Assembly: GCA_001783335.1 (NCBI GenBank)
Contig: MFLU01000016.1
Location: 688 to 64,687 of the forward strand
DNA: 64,000 nt
Origin: Candidatus Kaiserbacteria bacterium RIFCSPLOWO2_01_FULL_50_24
GTDB taxonomy: Bacteria; Patescibacteriota; Minisyncoccia; Phycocordibacterales; UBA2100
Direction: 5' to 3'
In this document: piece after piece, positions 9,575 to 19,662 of the stretch
Layout: every line of letters starts with the position of its first letter
Numbering within the stretch: the stretch's first letter is position 1
Notes under the pieces: generated by a model
Databases searched by the model: none
The model's input: only the letters and a program-made list of their open reading frames with translations
Told to the model about the DNA's origin: nothing
Position numbers and translations under genes: made by a program

Positions 9575-11284
9575 TCACAAGCGTTTATAAATGACAAAAT
9601 CGCCGACGGTTGCCGTTTCTTTTAGCGCGGGAATGGCGTCGTAGGGAGCGCGGTCGGCAGTTCGTGCGGCTACAAGCGTTATGTCAAGCGCATCAAAATT
9701 CTCGCTCCATGATTTTTTATGGAACACGGCATAGTCAGCCGCGATGCGCGAAAACTCTTCCTCTGGAATCGCTGTTTCATCGCCCTTCGTTTCGCGAAGC
9801 CACAAGCCCCATAGACGAGCACTAACATGGGCCGCCTCGCTGCGAATCGTTCCTTCAAAATCTTTTGGAGCGACGCCACGCAAGCGATATTCAAGGAAAA
9901 AACGATTATCAAGAAACGATTGCGGGATGGGATATGAGCCGAGGTTGATGCTATTTGGCGCACTATGCGCTGTGTAAATAGGAATGAAGTCCGCCGTTGG
10001 CACATCGCTCCAAACGATCTCTTGAACATCGCGAGTCCCCAGATATTCTACGAGCGGTCCATATGCCTGGGTTTCAACCGCTTCTCTATGGGTCTCGGCA
10101 TACCACGGCGCCAGAAAGCCCATACTGTTGTAGATAAGTATACCGAGCACAAATGCGACGACGCTATGCTTGAAATACACCGGTACGAAACGCACGATAC
10201 ATCCTCCTATAAAGAGCCCTGCGATGATGCCTGCGAGCGGCTTAGTGATGTACCAGTGATAGTGGCCAGTATGGAGAGAAACGCCGGTTATGAGTTGCTG
10301 ATTAAGTGCGAGAAAGACAGCAACACAAGCGAAAAGCAAGAACATCCGACCTTTTTTCGGGAAATCGCGCGGCCACATGAATGCGACAAGCATCGCCATG
10401 AGCGGCAGTAGAAACCCGAGAACAAGGTGGCGGCTTTCGGCAAGTCCGATAAACCGCGAGAAAGTTTCGTAGTCGGGATGCGCGTGGAGCGCGGCGTAAT
10501 TCAGGACAAACGGAGCCGAACATACGAGCGCAATTATGCCAACGAAGAAAGCCGCGCGAGCGTGCGTACCGTCGCGCTGTGCAAGAAACCACACCCAAGC
10601 GATTAAAAGCAGAGCACCGAGAAACGAATAGACATAGGGCGACATGTAGAGCGAGCCACCTATGAGCGCGCCGAGAAGGATGACCTGCCACCATCGCGCC
10701 GCTTCGCGTTCAAACAAGTTGCGATACATGAGAACAAGCGCGCCAAAAAGGAATATGTCAGATATTGAAGGATTCACGAGCCGCGAGAATATTAGAAACG
10801 GCCCACCGGATGGACTGCTTCCTATGAGATCCAGGACTGGCGCGAGCGATAAGGCTATGAGGTTGTACCCAAGAGTGGGAAATGCGGCGGCAATGAGCGC
10901 GGCGACGCGCGAACGCGAAAGCGAAAACGCGAGCGCATAAATAAGAAGAGTGATAATGAATACCGAGAGAGGTTTGGAAGCAATGGCCGCGCGAGCGGCA
11001 TCAAGACCGAAGAACTTGCCGAAACCCGCAATCACAATTTCGCCCAATGGCGGAGTAGCGTAGGGTAGGTCTTTATTTTCAAGAAACGTATTGGTAATAG
11101 CCGGATGTCCCTCGTACACTTCATGAATGCGTGCCATGTAATGGTTCTCGGCATCAAGCGTCATCATTTCAATACCGCGATAGCCCGGCTCACTCCAGAG
11201 CATGAGGTGAGGCGCGATAGTGATGGCGGCGGCAATGAGCGCTAGCGCTAACGCCGCCCAATGTTCTCTTAGAAGCAGAGCCAT
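9575..11284 (-). CDS. Polytopic membrane protein, possible GT-C glycosyltransferase
   Basis: Many TM segments and a DAENHY acidic motif after the first TM; start reassigned to MALLLREH. Confidence 0.55.
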   Translation of the reverse strand: MALLLREHWAALALALIAAAITIAPHLMLWSEPGYRGIEMMTLDAENHYMARIHEVYEGHPAITNTFLENKDLPYATPPLGEIVIAGFGKFFGLDAARAAIASKPLSVFIITLLIYALAFSLSRSRVAALIAAAFPTLGYNLIALSLAPVLDLIGSSPSGGPFLIFSRLVNPSISDIFLFGALVLMYRNLFEREAARWWQVILLGALIGGSLYMSPYVYSFLGALLLIAWVWFLAQRDGTHARAAFFVGIIALVCSAPFVLNYAALHAHPDYETFSRFIGLAESRHLVLGFLLPLMAMLVAFMWPRDFPKKGRMFLLFACVAVFLALNQQLITGVSLHTGHYHWYITKPLAGIIAGLFIGGCIVRFVPVYFKHSVVAFVLGILIYNSMGFLAPWYAETHREAVETQAYGPLVEYLGTRDVQEIVWSDVPTADFIPIYTAHSAPNSINLGSYPIPQSFLDNRFFLEYRLRGVAPKDFEGTIRSEAAHVSARLWGLWLRETKGDETAIPEEEFSRIAADYAVFHKKSWSENFDALDITLVAARTADRAPYDAIPALKETATVGDFVIYKRL

Positions 11285-11300
11285 ACGTTCTCTTGTGAAA

Positions 11301-11906
11301 TTACTGCACCGTTTGCGGCTTGATAAAATTGAATTCAATTTCCTCAAAACCACCCACCCAGAAGCACCACAACCGCGAACAGGCCATGGGGCTCGCGTTT
11401 CCAACCGCAGTGAACACAACATTCAGGGCTTTGAGCAGGAATACGGTAACGGCTCCGAAACCAAGCTGCGAGAGATACCGCATCGTGATCTGCGAAATCC
11501 AATTGAGCTTGAGTGAAGCAAGTTCGTATTCCGCTCCATAGAACTGTTCGGGAAAGCGCATTGTGAAATAATATGGGAACGATATATCAAAGCCATGGGT
11601 GTGTTCTGCGTGCGTAAATCCTCGACTGAAGTGCGGCACCGCGATATACAGCGTCCCGCCAGGCTTCAAGATGCGATGGAGTTCTTGCATTACAAGAAAC
11701 GGCTTATCTAGATGTTCTAGCACATGAACCATTCGTATGTGATCAGCAGAATCGCTTTCAAAAGGATACGGGAACGCATTTAGATCGTGAATTACATCTG
11801 GGTTCACAGAGTGCCTTATGTCGACATTAATATACCCCTCCTTGTTGATGCCACTGCTACCCAGATTGATTTTGAGCGGTGTGCTCTTGGAGTGGGTCAT
11901 AATCAA
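11301..11906 (-). CDS. Class I SAM-dependent methyltransferase
   Basis: INLGSSG...NVDI, HVLEHL, LHRILKPGG. Confidence 0.8.
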   Translation of the reverse strand: MIMTHSKSTPLKINLGSSGINKEGYINVDIRHSVNPDVIHDLNAFPYPFESDSADHIRMVHVLEHLDKPFLVMQELHRILKPGGTLYIAVPHFSRGFTHAEHTHGFDISFPYYFTMRFPEQFYGAEYELASLKLNWISQITMRYLSQLGFGAVTVFLLKALNVVFTAVGNASPMACSRLWCFWVGGFEEIEFNFIKPQTVQ

Positions 11907-11952
11907 AGTTAAAGACTACCGCAAGCCAATTGTGTATACAAGGTTGTCATAA

Positions 11953-13827
11953 TTACCTCGTGCCCCATCTGGCATACCATAGATGAAATACGAGAAGCGA
12001 CCAGAGTTTTTTGCGATGATTGCGCTCGCCAGAGAGATGTTCTGCGATGAGTTTATTGACGGCAGGCGGCGAGAAGATACCCGCTTCCTGTATGCGCTTT
12101 GTGGAAAGCGTGTCAAACAAAAATTCTTTCCACTCTTTCCTGAACCATTGTCCTACCGGCAAACCGAAGCCGTGCTTTTTACGCGAGACGATTTTGGGAG
12201 GAAGACGATCCTTCATGAGCTGGCGCAGAATGTATTTACCCGTCATGCCGCGATATTTGTATTTCCATGGCATACGAAGCGCAAGATCAACAACATCGAC
12301 GTCAAGAAATGGCGCGCGCACTTCAAGAGAATGATACATGCTCACCCTGTCTACCTTCGTGAGAAGCACGTCAAGCATATACATGCGGAGATAGAGGTAC
12401 GCGGTTTGCAAATGCCTATCTGCGTTTGGTATTTCCGCGAGGTACTCGTCGATGCGCTGATATGGTTTTTTGCGCAATATGTCTTTGAATGCGGGCGAAA
12501 GCAATGCCGCTTTCTCGGACGCATTGAAACTCTCAAGCCACGCCTGATGCGCATACTTCTCTTCAACTTCAGCTCCCCGCAGAAACTGTCGCGCTTTGAA
12601 ATCAAAACTGAAATACTTGTGTGATACGGGGAGAGCCGCAACCAATGGTTCTATAACTCCCCTGCGCACAATCTGGGGCAATGCGCGATATGCGCGTAGA
12701 AATCGCTCGGCAGTGAAGGTTTGATATCCGCCAAAGAGCTCGTCGCTTCCTTCCCCGCCGAGCGCCACTTTCACATGCTCGCGCGCGAATTGCGCAAGGA
12801 GGTAGGTGGGCAAAATCGCGGGGTCCGCTACCGGCTCATCAAGTTTCTCCGCCACCGCCAAGAGCGCGCCCATAACTTCTTCCGCAGTAACAATACGCTC
12901 GTGGTGCTTCGTGCCCAAAGATGCCGCAGCTTCACGCGCATAAAACGATTCATCATACGAGAGATCATTGAATCCGATTGAAAAAGTGTGCACGGGTTCT
13001 TTTCGCCCGAGCCCCGCATAGTACGCGATAGTTGAACTGTCGAGCCCACCGCTTAAAAAAACACCGACCGGCACATCGGCAATCATTTGAAGCGATACGC
13101 TTTTTTTAAGAGCTGTATCAAGACGCGCGAGCGCATCATACTCCGCCATTCCACTATCTATTTGCTGTGGCGGTTTCCAATAGGTGTGAGTAGTGATTTT
13201 CCCATTCGCATACAGCACGTAGGTCGCCGCTTCGAGCTTGTGTACGCCTTCAAATATGCTCTCCGGCGTAAGTACCGCATCGTAGGTAAGATATGAAGCG
13301 ATGGCCTGAGGATTTATACATTTTGAAACGAGTGGGTGTTTGAAAAGCGCTTTTGGTTCCGATGCGAAAACAAGAGTGCCCTGTGCGATAGTCCAATAGA
13401 GCGGCTTCTCGCCCATCCTGTCGCGCACTAAAAAACATTTGTCATTTTTTTTGTCGTGTAGAGCGAATGCGAACATTCCCTGTAACCGCTTGAAGGATTC
13501 TTCGCCATACGCCTCGTAGAGTTCTAGGATTACTTCGGTATCGCTCTTGCTCTTGAATATCTTGCCGTCATGTTCCAGTTCTTTTCGTAATTCTCGGTAG
13601 TTGTATATCTCGCCGTTGAACGTGATTGTGACCATACCGCTCCCACTCTGCATCGGCTGATGTCCAGCGGAAGAGAGGTCAATGATAGAGAGTCGCGCGT
13701 GCGCAAACCCCACTCGGCCACTGTGCCATACTCCGCTATCATCCGGCCCTCTATAAGAAAGTATCCCTATCATGCCCGAGAGTGTCCCAGCATCTCCACT
13801 TCCCACAAATCCGGCTATACCGCACAT
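11953..13827 (-). CDS. asnB: Asparagine synthase (glutamine-hydrolysing)-like amidotransferase
   Basis: MCGIAG, RGPDD, FNGEIYNY, RDRMGEKPLY, FLSGGLDSS, SLEVRAPFLD. Confidence 0.9.
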   Translation of the reverse strand: MCGIAGFVGSGDAGTLSGMIGILSYRGPDDSGVWHSGRVGFAHARLSIIDLSSAGHQPMQSGSGMVTITFNGEIYNYRELRKELEHDGKIFKSKSDTEVILELYEAYGEESFKRLQGMFAFALHDKKNDKCFLVRDRMGEKPLYWTIAQGTLVFASEPKALFKHPLVSKCINPQAIASYLTYDAVLTPESIFEGVHKLEAATYVLYANGKITTHTYWKPPQQIDSGMAEYDALARLDTALKKSVSLQMIADVPVGVFLSGGLDSSTIAYYAGLGRKEPVHTFSIGFNDLSYDESFYAREAAASLGTKHHERIVTAEEVMGALLAVAEKLDEPVADPAILPTYLLAQFAREHVKVALGGEGSDELFGGYQTFTAERFLRAYRALPQIVRRGVIEPLVAALPVSHKYFSFDFKARQFLRGAEVEEKYAHQAWLESFNASEKAALLSPAFKDILRKKPYQRIDEYLAEIPNADRHLQTAYLYLRMYMLDVLLTKVDRVSMYHSLEVRAPFLDVDVVDLALRMPWKYKYRGMTGKYILRQLMKDRLPPKIVSRKKHGFGLPVGQWFRKEWKEFLFDTLSTKRIQEAGIFSPPAVNKLIAEHLSGERNHRKKLWSLLVFHLWYARWGTR

Positions 13828-14781
13828 TTAACTCTTTTTTATATTATAAGGACGCTTGTTCTGGGATTCATAGTAGGTACGCATTAGTATCTCGGCGATG
13901 ACACCAAAAAGTATTAGTTGAACGCCGACCAGAGTGAAAAGTGTTGCTAGGATTGGAAGTGGCGTTTCCACAAGATCAGCCACGCCCAAAAGACGCAAGA
14001 GAACCGCCACAAATCCCGCAATAACGCCGAGCGCGGCGCTCAAGAATCCCCACGCGCCGAAAAAATGCATCGGCCGATTCATATAGCGGTGCATGAAGAC
14101 TACGACGACCAGATCGAGCAGTACTCTAAACACACGTCCGAATCCGTAGTTGCTCTTTCCGTGGCGGCGCGGTTCGTGCTTCACCTTAAGTTCTGCCACC
14201 TTCCCCCCTTGCCACGACGCATACGCGGGAATAAAACGATGCATCTCGCCATATAGTCGGACGCTTTTGATGACGTCGGCGCGATATGCTTTCAGCGTGC
14301 AACCATAATCGTGCAGGTACACCCCAGTAAGTCGCGAGATGAGCCAGTTGGCTATAAGCGAGGGGAACTTACGCGTAAGACGCTGTCCAGACCAGCGCCC
14401 CTGCCGCCAACCGGATACAACATCGTAGCCCTCATTAAGTAGGGCAACGAGCTTAGGAATGTCGTGCGGGTCGTTCTCCAGATCTGCGTCTATCGTAACT
14501 ATGACATCGCCACGTGCGCGCTCTATACCCGCAGCAAGCGCGGCCGTTTGCCCGAAATTACGCGTAAGGATTATCACCTGAACGGGTAATGTTCCTTGAG
14601 AGCGGGCAATCACATCCCTAGAGCCGTCGCGCGAGCCGTCGTCTACCATGATGAGCTCAAAAATACCGAGTTCTGGCGCCACCTCGCGCATACGCGCCAA
14701 GAAATGGGGTATGCTCTCAAACTCATTGAAAAGAGGCACGATTATGGAGAGTTCCAGCCCCTCTCTATTTTGGCTATGCAT
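13828..14781 (-). CDS. GT2 glycosyltransferase, ArnC-like
   Basis: SIIVPLFNE, DDGSRD, RNFGQTAA, DADLENDP, GEMHRFIP, two C-terminal TMs. Confidence 0.85.
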   Translation of the reverse strand: MHSQNREGLELSIIVPLFNEFESIPHFLARMREVAPELGIFELIMVDDGSRDGSRDVIARSQGTLPVQVIILTRNFGQTAALAAGIERARGDVIVTIDADLENDPHDIPKLVALLNEGYDVVSGWRQGRWSGQRLTRKFPSLIANWLISRLTGVYLHDYGCTLKAYRADVIKSVRLYGEMHRFIPAYASWQGGKVAELKVKHEPRRHGKSNYGFGRVFRVLLDLVVVVFMHRYMNRPMHFFGAWGFLSAALGVIAGFVAVLLRLLGVADLVETPLPILATLFTLVGVQLILFGVIAEILMRTYYESQNKRPYNIKKS

Positions 14782-14806
14782 ATACCCGCATGCTAGCATA
14801 CAGAGT

Positions 14807-15715
14807 ATGATTATTGCCAAACTTCAGGGCGGCCTCGGTAACCAGATGTTCCAGTACGCTTTCGGCCGCGCCCTCGCAAAGCGGCGCGGCGTGGAGCTCA
14901 AACTCGACGCGACGATGTTTCCAACGTACAAGTATCACAAGCTCATGATAAGCCACCTCAACATTTCCGCGCCCTTCGCGAGCGACAAAGAAGTTGCTCG
15001 TTTCGCATTCTACCGCCGCAGGCCGAATTGGCCGTGGAAAGTCCTTAACCCTTTTCTTTTTGACCCCGAGAAGTACGTGCAGGAAATTTCATCCTACTTC
15101 AGCCACGACATGCTCAATCTCAAAGCACCGTGCCTAGTGGACGGCTATTGGCTGTGCGAAAAATATTTTTTGGATATTGAAGACATCGTTCGTAACGAGT
15201 TCACTATACGTTCACCTCTTAATGAGTATTCAAAGCGCATGGAAGAAAAAATTTGTTCTGCCGAACATCCGGTCATGCTTCACGTGCGACGTGGCAATTT
15301 CACTACCGCGTTCGCACCAATGCACGGGGCACTCTCCAGCGCCTACTACGAGCGTGCTCTTTCCATCATTCGCGAGCGCGTTCCCAATGCATCATATTTC
15401 ATTTTCTCCGACGACCCGGAATGGGCGCGAGCACACATCCGACCTGATGCCAAAGCCGAATACATCAGCCAAGGAGCTGACTTTGACTATTTGGATCTCT
15501 ATCTCATGACATTGTGTAAGAACTTCATCCTTGCCCACAGCACTTTCAGCTGGTGGGGAGCGTGGCTCGGAAAGAGCTACCGCAACAACATCACCATCAT
15601 GCCGAAATACATGACGACTAAAATGGACACACGCAACCTTGCGCACCCAAGCTGGAAAATCCTTGAAGATACCGAGTGGAGCGCGCGAAGCAATCTCGCC
15701 GCCAAGTGGAACTGA
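14807..15715 (+). CDS. GT11 alpha-1,2-fucosyl/colitosyltransferase
   Basis: LQGGLGNQMFQYA, HVRRG, FSDDPEW, STFSWWGAWL. Confidence 0.88.
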   Translation: MIIAKLQGGLGNQMFQYAFGRALAKRRGVELKLDATMFPTYKYHKLMISHLNISAPFASDKEVARFAFYRRRPNWPWKVLNPFLFDPEKYVQEISSYFSHDMLNLKAPCLVDGYWLCEKYFLDIEDIVRNEFTIRSPLNEYSKRMEEKICSAEHPVMLHVRRGNFTTAFAPMHGALSSAYYERALSIIRERVPNASYFIFSDDPEWARAHIRPDAKAEYISQGADFDYLDLYLMTLCKNFILAHSTFSWWGAWLGKSYRNNITIMPKYMTTKMDTRNLAHPSWKILEDTEWSARSNLAAKWN

Positions 15716-15783
15716 AACATCGAGACTCCGACCTCGCCGTTGTCGCGACACTGGGGAGTAAAGTATGCTATTATACTTTCGCA

Positions 15784-17076
15784 ATGAAAAAGATGCCGAA
15801 AAATCAATCGGTGCGTATCAGCCCGGCACTTCGCTCTCTCATCAAAAAAACGATTGCTAAATCCGATTGGCTGCATCACCCTCCTCACGGTCGAGTCAAC
15901 GTCGGCTGGCCAGTGTTTGACGAGAAAGAAGTACTACAAGCACTCGACTCACTCCTCAATGTGCGCATTTCTCAAGGCCCCAAGGTGAAGCGGTTTGAAG
16001 AAGATGCGGCACGCTATGTGGGTACCCGCTATGCGGTTGCCTGCAATTCCGGCTCTTCGGCAAACCTACTCGCCTTGAATGCTCTTGTCGCCTCCGGCAA
16101 GGTGCCGCGCGGAAGCGAGGTGATTCTTCCCGCGACAACATTCCCCACTGTCGCTTCACCTATACTCCAGGTTGGACTCGTGCCGGTTTATGTGGATGTG
16201 GATGAGCATTCGTGGAACATTGACCCGAAAGAGGTTGAGAAGGCAATCGGGCGGAATACTCGCGTCATCATGCCGGTGCATACGTTCGGCAATCCAGCCG
16301 ATATGCCCGCCATCATGAAGATCGCGCGAAAACACAAGCTCATTGTGCTTGAAGATTGTTGTGAAGCACACGGTGCCGCGATAGAAAAAAGGAAGGTGGG
16401 CTCTTTCGGCGACCTCGCCACGCTCTCATTCTTCGTCGCCCACAACATCACGACCGGCGAAGGGGGTATGATCTTCAGCAACGACCGTGCCCTTGTAGAT
16501 ATATTGCGTTCGCTTCGCGAATTCGGACGGGTTTCCGATGATGTCCTAAAGGATCGACGGTTTTCTTTCCCAGACAAAGTGATGCGCGGGTTCGATGCGC
16601 GCTACATTTTCACGCGGCTTGGCTATAACCTCCGCATGACCGATATCGCCGCATCGTTAGGTATCGAGCAACTAAAGAAACTAGACGCGTTCAATAAAAA
16701 ACGCCTCGCCGTTGTGCGCACCTATCTGAAAGCACTCGCGTCATACGAAAAATACCTCGCGCTCCCCGCGGTTGTGAGGGGCCACTTCCATAGTTTTTAC
16801 GGTTTTCCTTTTGTTGTCCGAGAAAACGCACCGTTCTCACGAATGGAGTTGGTGCGCTTTTTGGAAGAGCGAGGTATAGAGACACGCCCGTTCTTTGGTG
16901 GATGCCTACCCGATCAGCCAGGCTTTAGGAACGAAGCGAAGCGCGTTGTGGGCAAGCTTCCCGTCGCGCGTTGGATTCGCGACTACAGCATCTTCATCGG
17001 ATGCCATCCCGCGCTCACACCTAATCACATACTTCATGTTACTAGCACGTTCAAGGATTTCCTCTCGAAATACTAA
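15784..17076 (+). CDS. DegT-family PLP enzyme, NDP-4-keto-6-deoxyhexose 3-dehydratase (ColD/RfbH-like)
   Basis: CNSGSSANLLA, EDCCEAHGA, SFFVAHNITTGEGG with His at the position of the catalytic Lys. Confidence 0.8.
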   Translation: MKKMPKNQSVRISPALRSLIKKTIAKSDWLHHPPHGRVNVGWPVFDEKEVLQALDSLLNVRISQGPKVKRFEEDAARYVGTRYAVACNSGSSANLLALNALVASGKVPRGSEVILPATTFPTVASPILQVGLVPVYVDVDEHSWNIDPKEVEKAIGRNTRVIMPVHTFGNPADMPAIMKIARKHKLIVLEDCCEAHGAAIEKRKVGSFGDLATLSFFVAHNITTGEGGMIFSNDRALVDILRSLREFGRVSDDVLKDRRFSFPDKVMRGFDARYIFTRLGYNLRMTDIAASLGIEQLKKLDAFNKKRLAVVRTYLKALASYEKYLALPAVVRGHFHSFYGFPFVVRENAPFSRMELVRFLEERGIETRPFFGGCLPDQPGFRNEAKRVVGKLPVARWIRDYSIFIGCHPALTPNHILHVTSTFKDFLSKY

Positions 17077-17085
17077 AATAGATAT

Positions 17086-18024
17086 ATGGGGGGCAAACGC
17101 GTACTAGTAACGGGCGCAAACGGTTTTTTGGGGAGTCATGTGGTGCCTCTTCTTGTTAAGCGCGGGTACCGCGTGTCCACGCTCGGGCGCGGCAAATCGG
17201 CGCACCCCGGCCTTACTCATTACAAAGCGGATGTGGTGCACAACATGCCAGAGAGCGCAGTGCGAGGAGTGGATGCCATCGTGCACCTTGCGTGCGATGT
17301 TTCAATCGCGCGCTCTATTGAGAATCCCTCGTCGTACATCACAAACAACCTTGCGATGACACTCAATCTTCTTGAGGCCGTTCGCGCACAAAAGAAAAAG
17401 CCACTCGTTATATTTCTCTCTACCGACCGCGTGTATGGAAAAGCGAGCGGCCGCGTTAACGAAAATTCTCCCACGTTCCCCATTGAGCCCTACGTCGCAT
17501 CAAAGCTCATGAGTGAGACCGCGCTTGCCGCATATGCGAATCAATTTGACATACCCTACATCGCACTTCGCGCTAGCGCTTTTTTCGGCCCCCACCAGCC
17601 GCGCAGAAGCTTCATTTCCGATGTCATTCAGAAAATGATTGAACAAAACACTATCACCGTCGGCCCCTTGAAATCGGTGAAAAACTTTTCCTACGCGGGG
17701 AATGTGGCCGACGCCGTGCTCGCGGCTCTAAAGGCGCCGCGCTCGGCACACAACCGCGCGTACAACATCGGCGGGAAACCCATATCGTTCTCGCATGTGC
17801 TCACGCTGTGCAAGAAAATCATTGAGAAACGGCTCGGCAAAAAAATTCGCATACACATAGACCACTCAATTCGCTTGCCACAAAAAAACGAAATCGGTGC
17901 GTTTACGCTCTCCTCCGCATCAGCGCAGAAGGCGCTACGTTGGAAAGAGAAAGTTTCACTTACAGAAGGCCTTGAACGCACGGTGGACTATTTTTTGAAA
18001 AACAAGAACCCCCCTCAAGAATGA
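17086..18024 (+). CDS. NAD-dependent epimerase/reductase
   Basis: VTGANGFLG, YVASK. Confidence 0.8.
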   Translation: MGGKRVLVTGANGFLGSHVVPLLVKRGYRVSTLGRGKSAHPGLTHYKADVVHNMPESAVRGVDAIVHLACDVSIARSIENPSSYITNNLAMTLNLLEAVRAQKKKPLVIFLSTDRVYGKASGRVNENSPTFPIEPYVASKLMSETALAAYANQFDIPYIALRASAFFGPHQPRRSFISDVIQKMIEQNTITVGPLKSVKNFSYAGNVADAVLAALKAPRSAHNRAYNIGGKPISFSHVLTLCKKIIEKRLGKKIRIHIDHSIRLPQKNEIGAFTLSSASAQKALRWKEKVSLTEGLERTVDYFLKNKNPPQE

Positions 18025-18086
18025 AGGTCCTCCTAGTGGCAAAGTACAGGAGCAATATCGGGATTTACGAAATCCCGATATGATAT

Positions 18087-18836
18087 TCATTTCAATGACG
18101 CGGTGATACACAAGTTCCAGCCGAAAGTTCGTTCGAACCAGCGCAACAGGGGACCCGGCATCCATTTGAGGTACCAGCGCATCCAGAGATAGCGAATCTC
18201 GGCTTCGTCTATGTTGAATCCGCACTGTTCCAAGAGACCGATGATTTCTGTCTTGGTGTACACATACGTGATGGGTGATCCTTCTTTTGATTCGGAGTGG
18301 TAGGCGACTTTTTTGCGCCAATTGCGCGGACCGTGACGCATGATTACCTGGAAAACCTTGAGTGATCGCGCGTGGTAAACCATAAGCTTGAATGTACTGT
18401 CTTTCCCCATGTATTTCACCACCTCACAATAGGCACGCGCGGGGTTGGACGTATGATGCAACACGCCGAAAGAATAGACGAGATCGTAGGTTTGTTTGGG
18501 CAATGTCTCCGAGAGACGTTCCGCATCAGCGTGCAAAAAAGTAACTGGCAATCCATACATCTTCGCCCGCTTATCTGCGAGTTCGAGGGAACTCGTTGAA
18601 TAGTCAATGGCCGTGACAATGGCCCCCACTTTTGCGAATTGGAGCGTATCGGTCCCCAAGCCGCATCCTATCTCCAGAACTTTCTTTCCTTTCCACGCGG
18701 GGAAATCGGCAAATGACTGAATGTGCGGTTCCAAGATGTAACGTTTCTTTTCAATGTCATCAAAGAACTCCTTCGTCCCTGGCGCGAATTGTGTGCGCAT
18801 CGTGTTGCAAGGTGTACCATTCCAAAACGCCTGCAC
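18087..18836 (-). CDS. Class I SAM-dependent methyltransferase
   Basis: VLEIGCGLGTD, YDLVYSFGVLHH. Confidence 0.85.
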   Translation of the reverse strand: MQAFWNGTPCNTMRTQFAPGTKEFFDDIEKKRYILEPHIQSFADFPAWKGKKVLEIGCGLGTDTLQFAKVGAIVTAIDYSTSSLELADKRAKMYGLPVTFLHADAERLSETLPKQTYDLVYSFGVLHHTSNPARAYCEVVKYMGKDSTFKLMVYHARSLKVFQVIMRHGPRNWRKKVAYHSESKEGSPITYVYTKTEIIGLLEQCGFNIDEAEIRYLWMRWYLKWMPGPLLRWFERTFGWNLCITASLK

Positions 18837-18871
18837 ATCCTTAAGGTCAGGTGTTTTTGATTGCTTAATCC

Positions 18872-19615
18872 TTATAAGTACCCCCCCTGAGGCCTAGCGC
18901 TTACACCCGAGAACAAATAGCGGGCAATACCCCAGATATACCAATAGAGATACGAGCCGAGCCAGCCGAAAAGGGCGAAACGTGAGGTGCCTTGCGTGCG
19001 CTCGGTCCACACAACCGGAACCTCACTGATACGCTCGTCTTTAAGATATGCCTTGAGAGTGAGTTCAAGCGCGTAGGTGAATCCGCGCGTGGATTCTATT
19101 GGTGTCGCGTGGAGGAACGAGGTGCGGAATAGTTTCGTCGCATAGGTGGCATCGTGCGTTGGCAGACGAATTAAAAAGTGAAGCGACAAACCCGCCATGC
19201 GCGACAGAAAACCTTTGAGAAAACTGCCGCCATGGTGAGCGCCACCAACCATGTAGCGCGATGCCGCGACGACGGCGGAGTTGGTCTCGCGCATGCGCTC
19301 TACCATGGCATCTATTTTTTCTATAATCTCTGGTGGATCGTCCACCATGAGGAGAAGTGTTGCGGGAGCTTCCGCGGCATGAAAGCCAGTCTTGATGGCA
19401 GAGAGCGCGCCCTTCCCATCATTTTTAAGCAAACGGATGCGTTGGTCACTCTCCGAAAGCGGTCGCACCACCATGAGTGTCGTGTCCTCTGGAAAATCGT
19501 ATACGACCGTCATGCGCCACGGACTGCGTACCAATGTGCAAATGTGGCGGTACAGAGTTTCAAAATTCTCGCGTTCGTTGTAGACGGGTACGACGATGTC
19601 CAAACGGGGTTCCAT
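18872..19615 (-). CDS. GT2 glycosyltransferase (DPM1-like)
   Basis: DIVVPVYNE, ASRYMVGG, EVPVVWTERTQGTS. Confidence 0.8.
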   Translation of the reverse strand: MEPRLDIVVPVYNERENFETLYRHICTLVRSPWRMTVVYDFPEDTTLMVVRPLSESDQRIRLLKNDGKGALSAIKTGFHAAEAPATLLLMVDDPPEIIEKIDAMVERMRETNSAVVAASRYMVGGAHHGGSFLKGFLSRMAGLSLHFLIRLPTHDATYATKLFRTSFLHATPIESTRGFTYALELTLKAYLKDERISEVPVVWTERTQGTSRFALFGWLGSYLYWYIWGIARYLFSGVSARPQGGYL

Positions 19616-19662
19616 TCGGTGAAAGGTAGCACGCCGTGAATGAATATTCTATACTTCCACTC

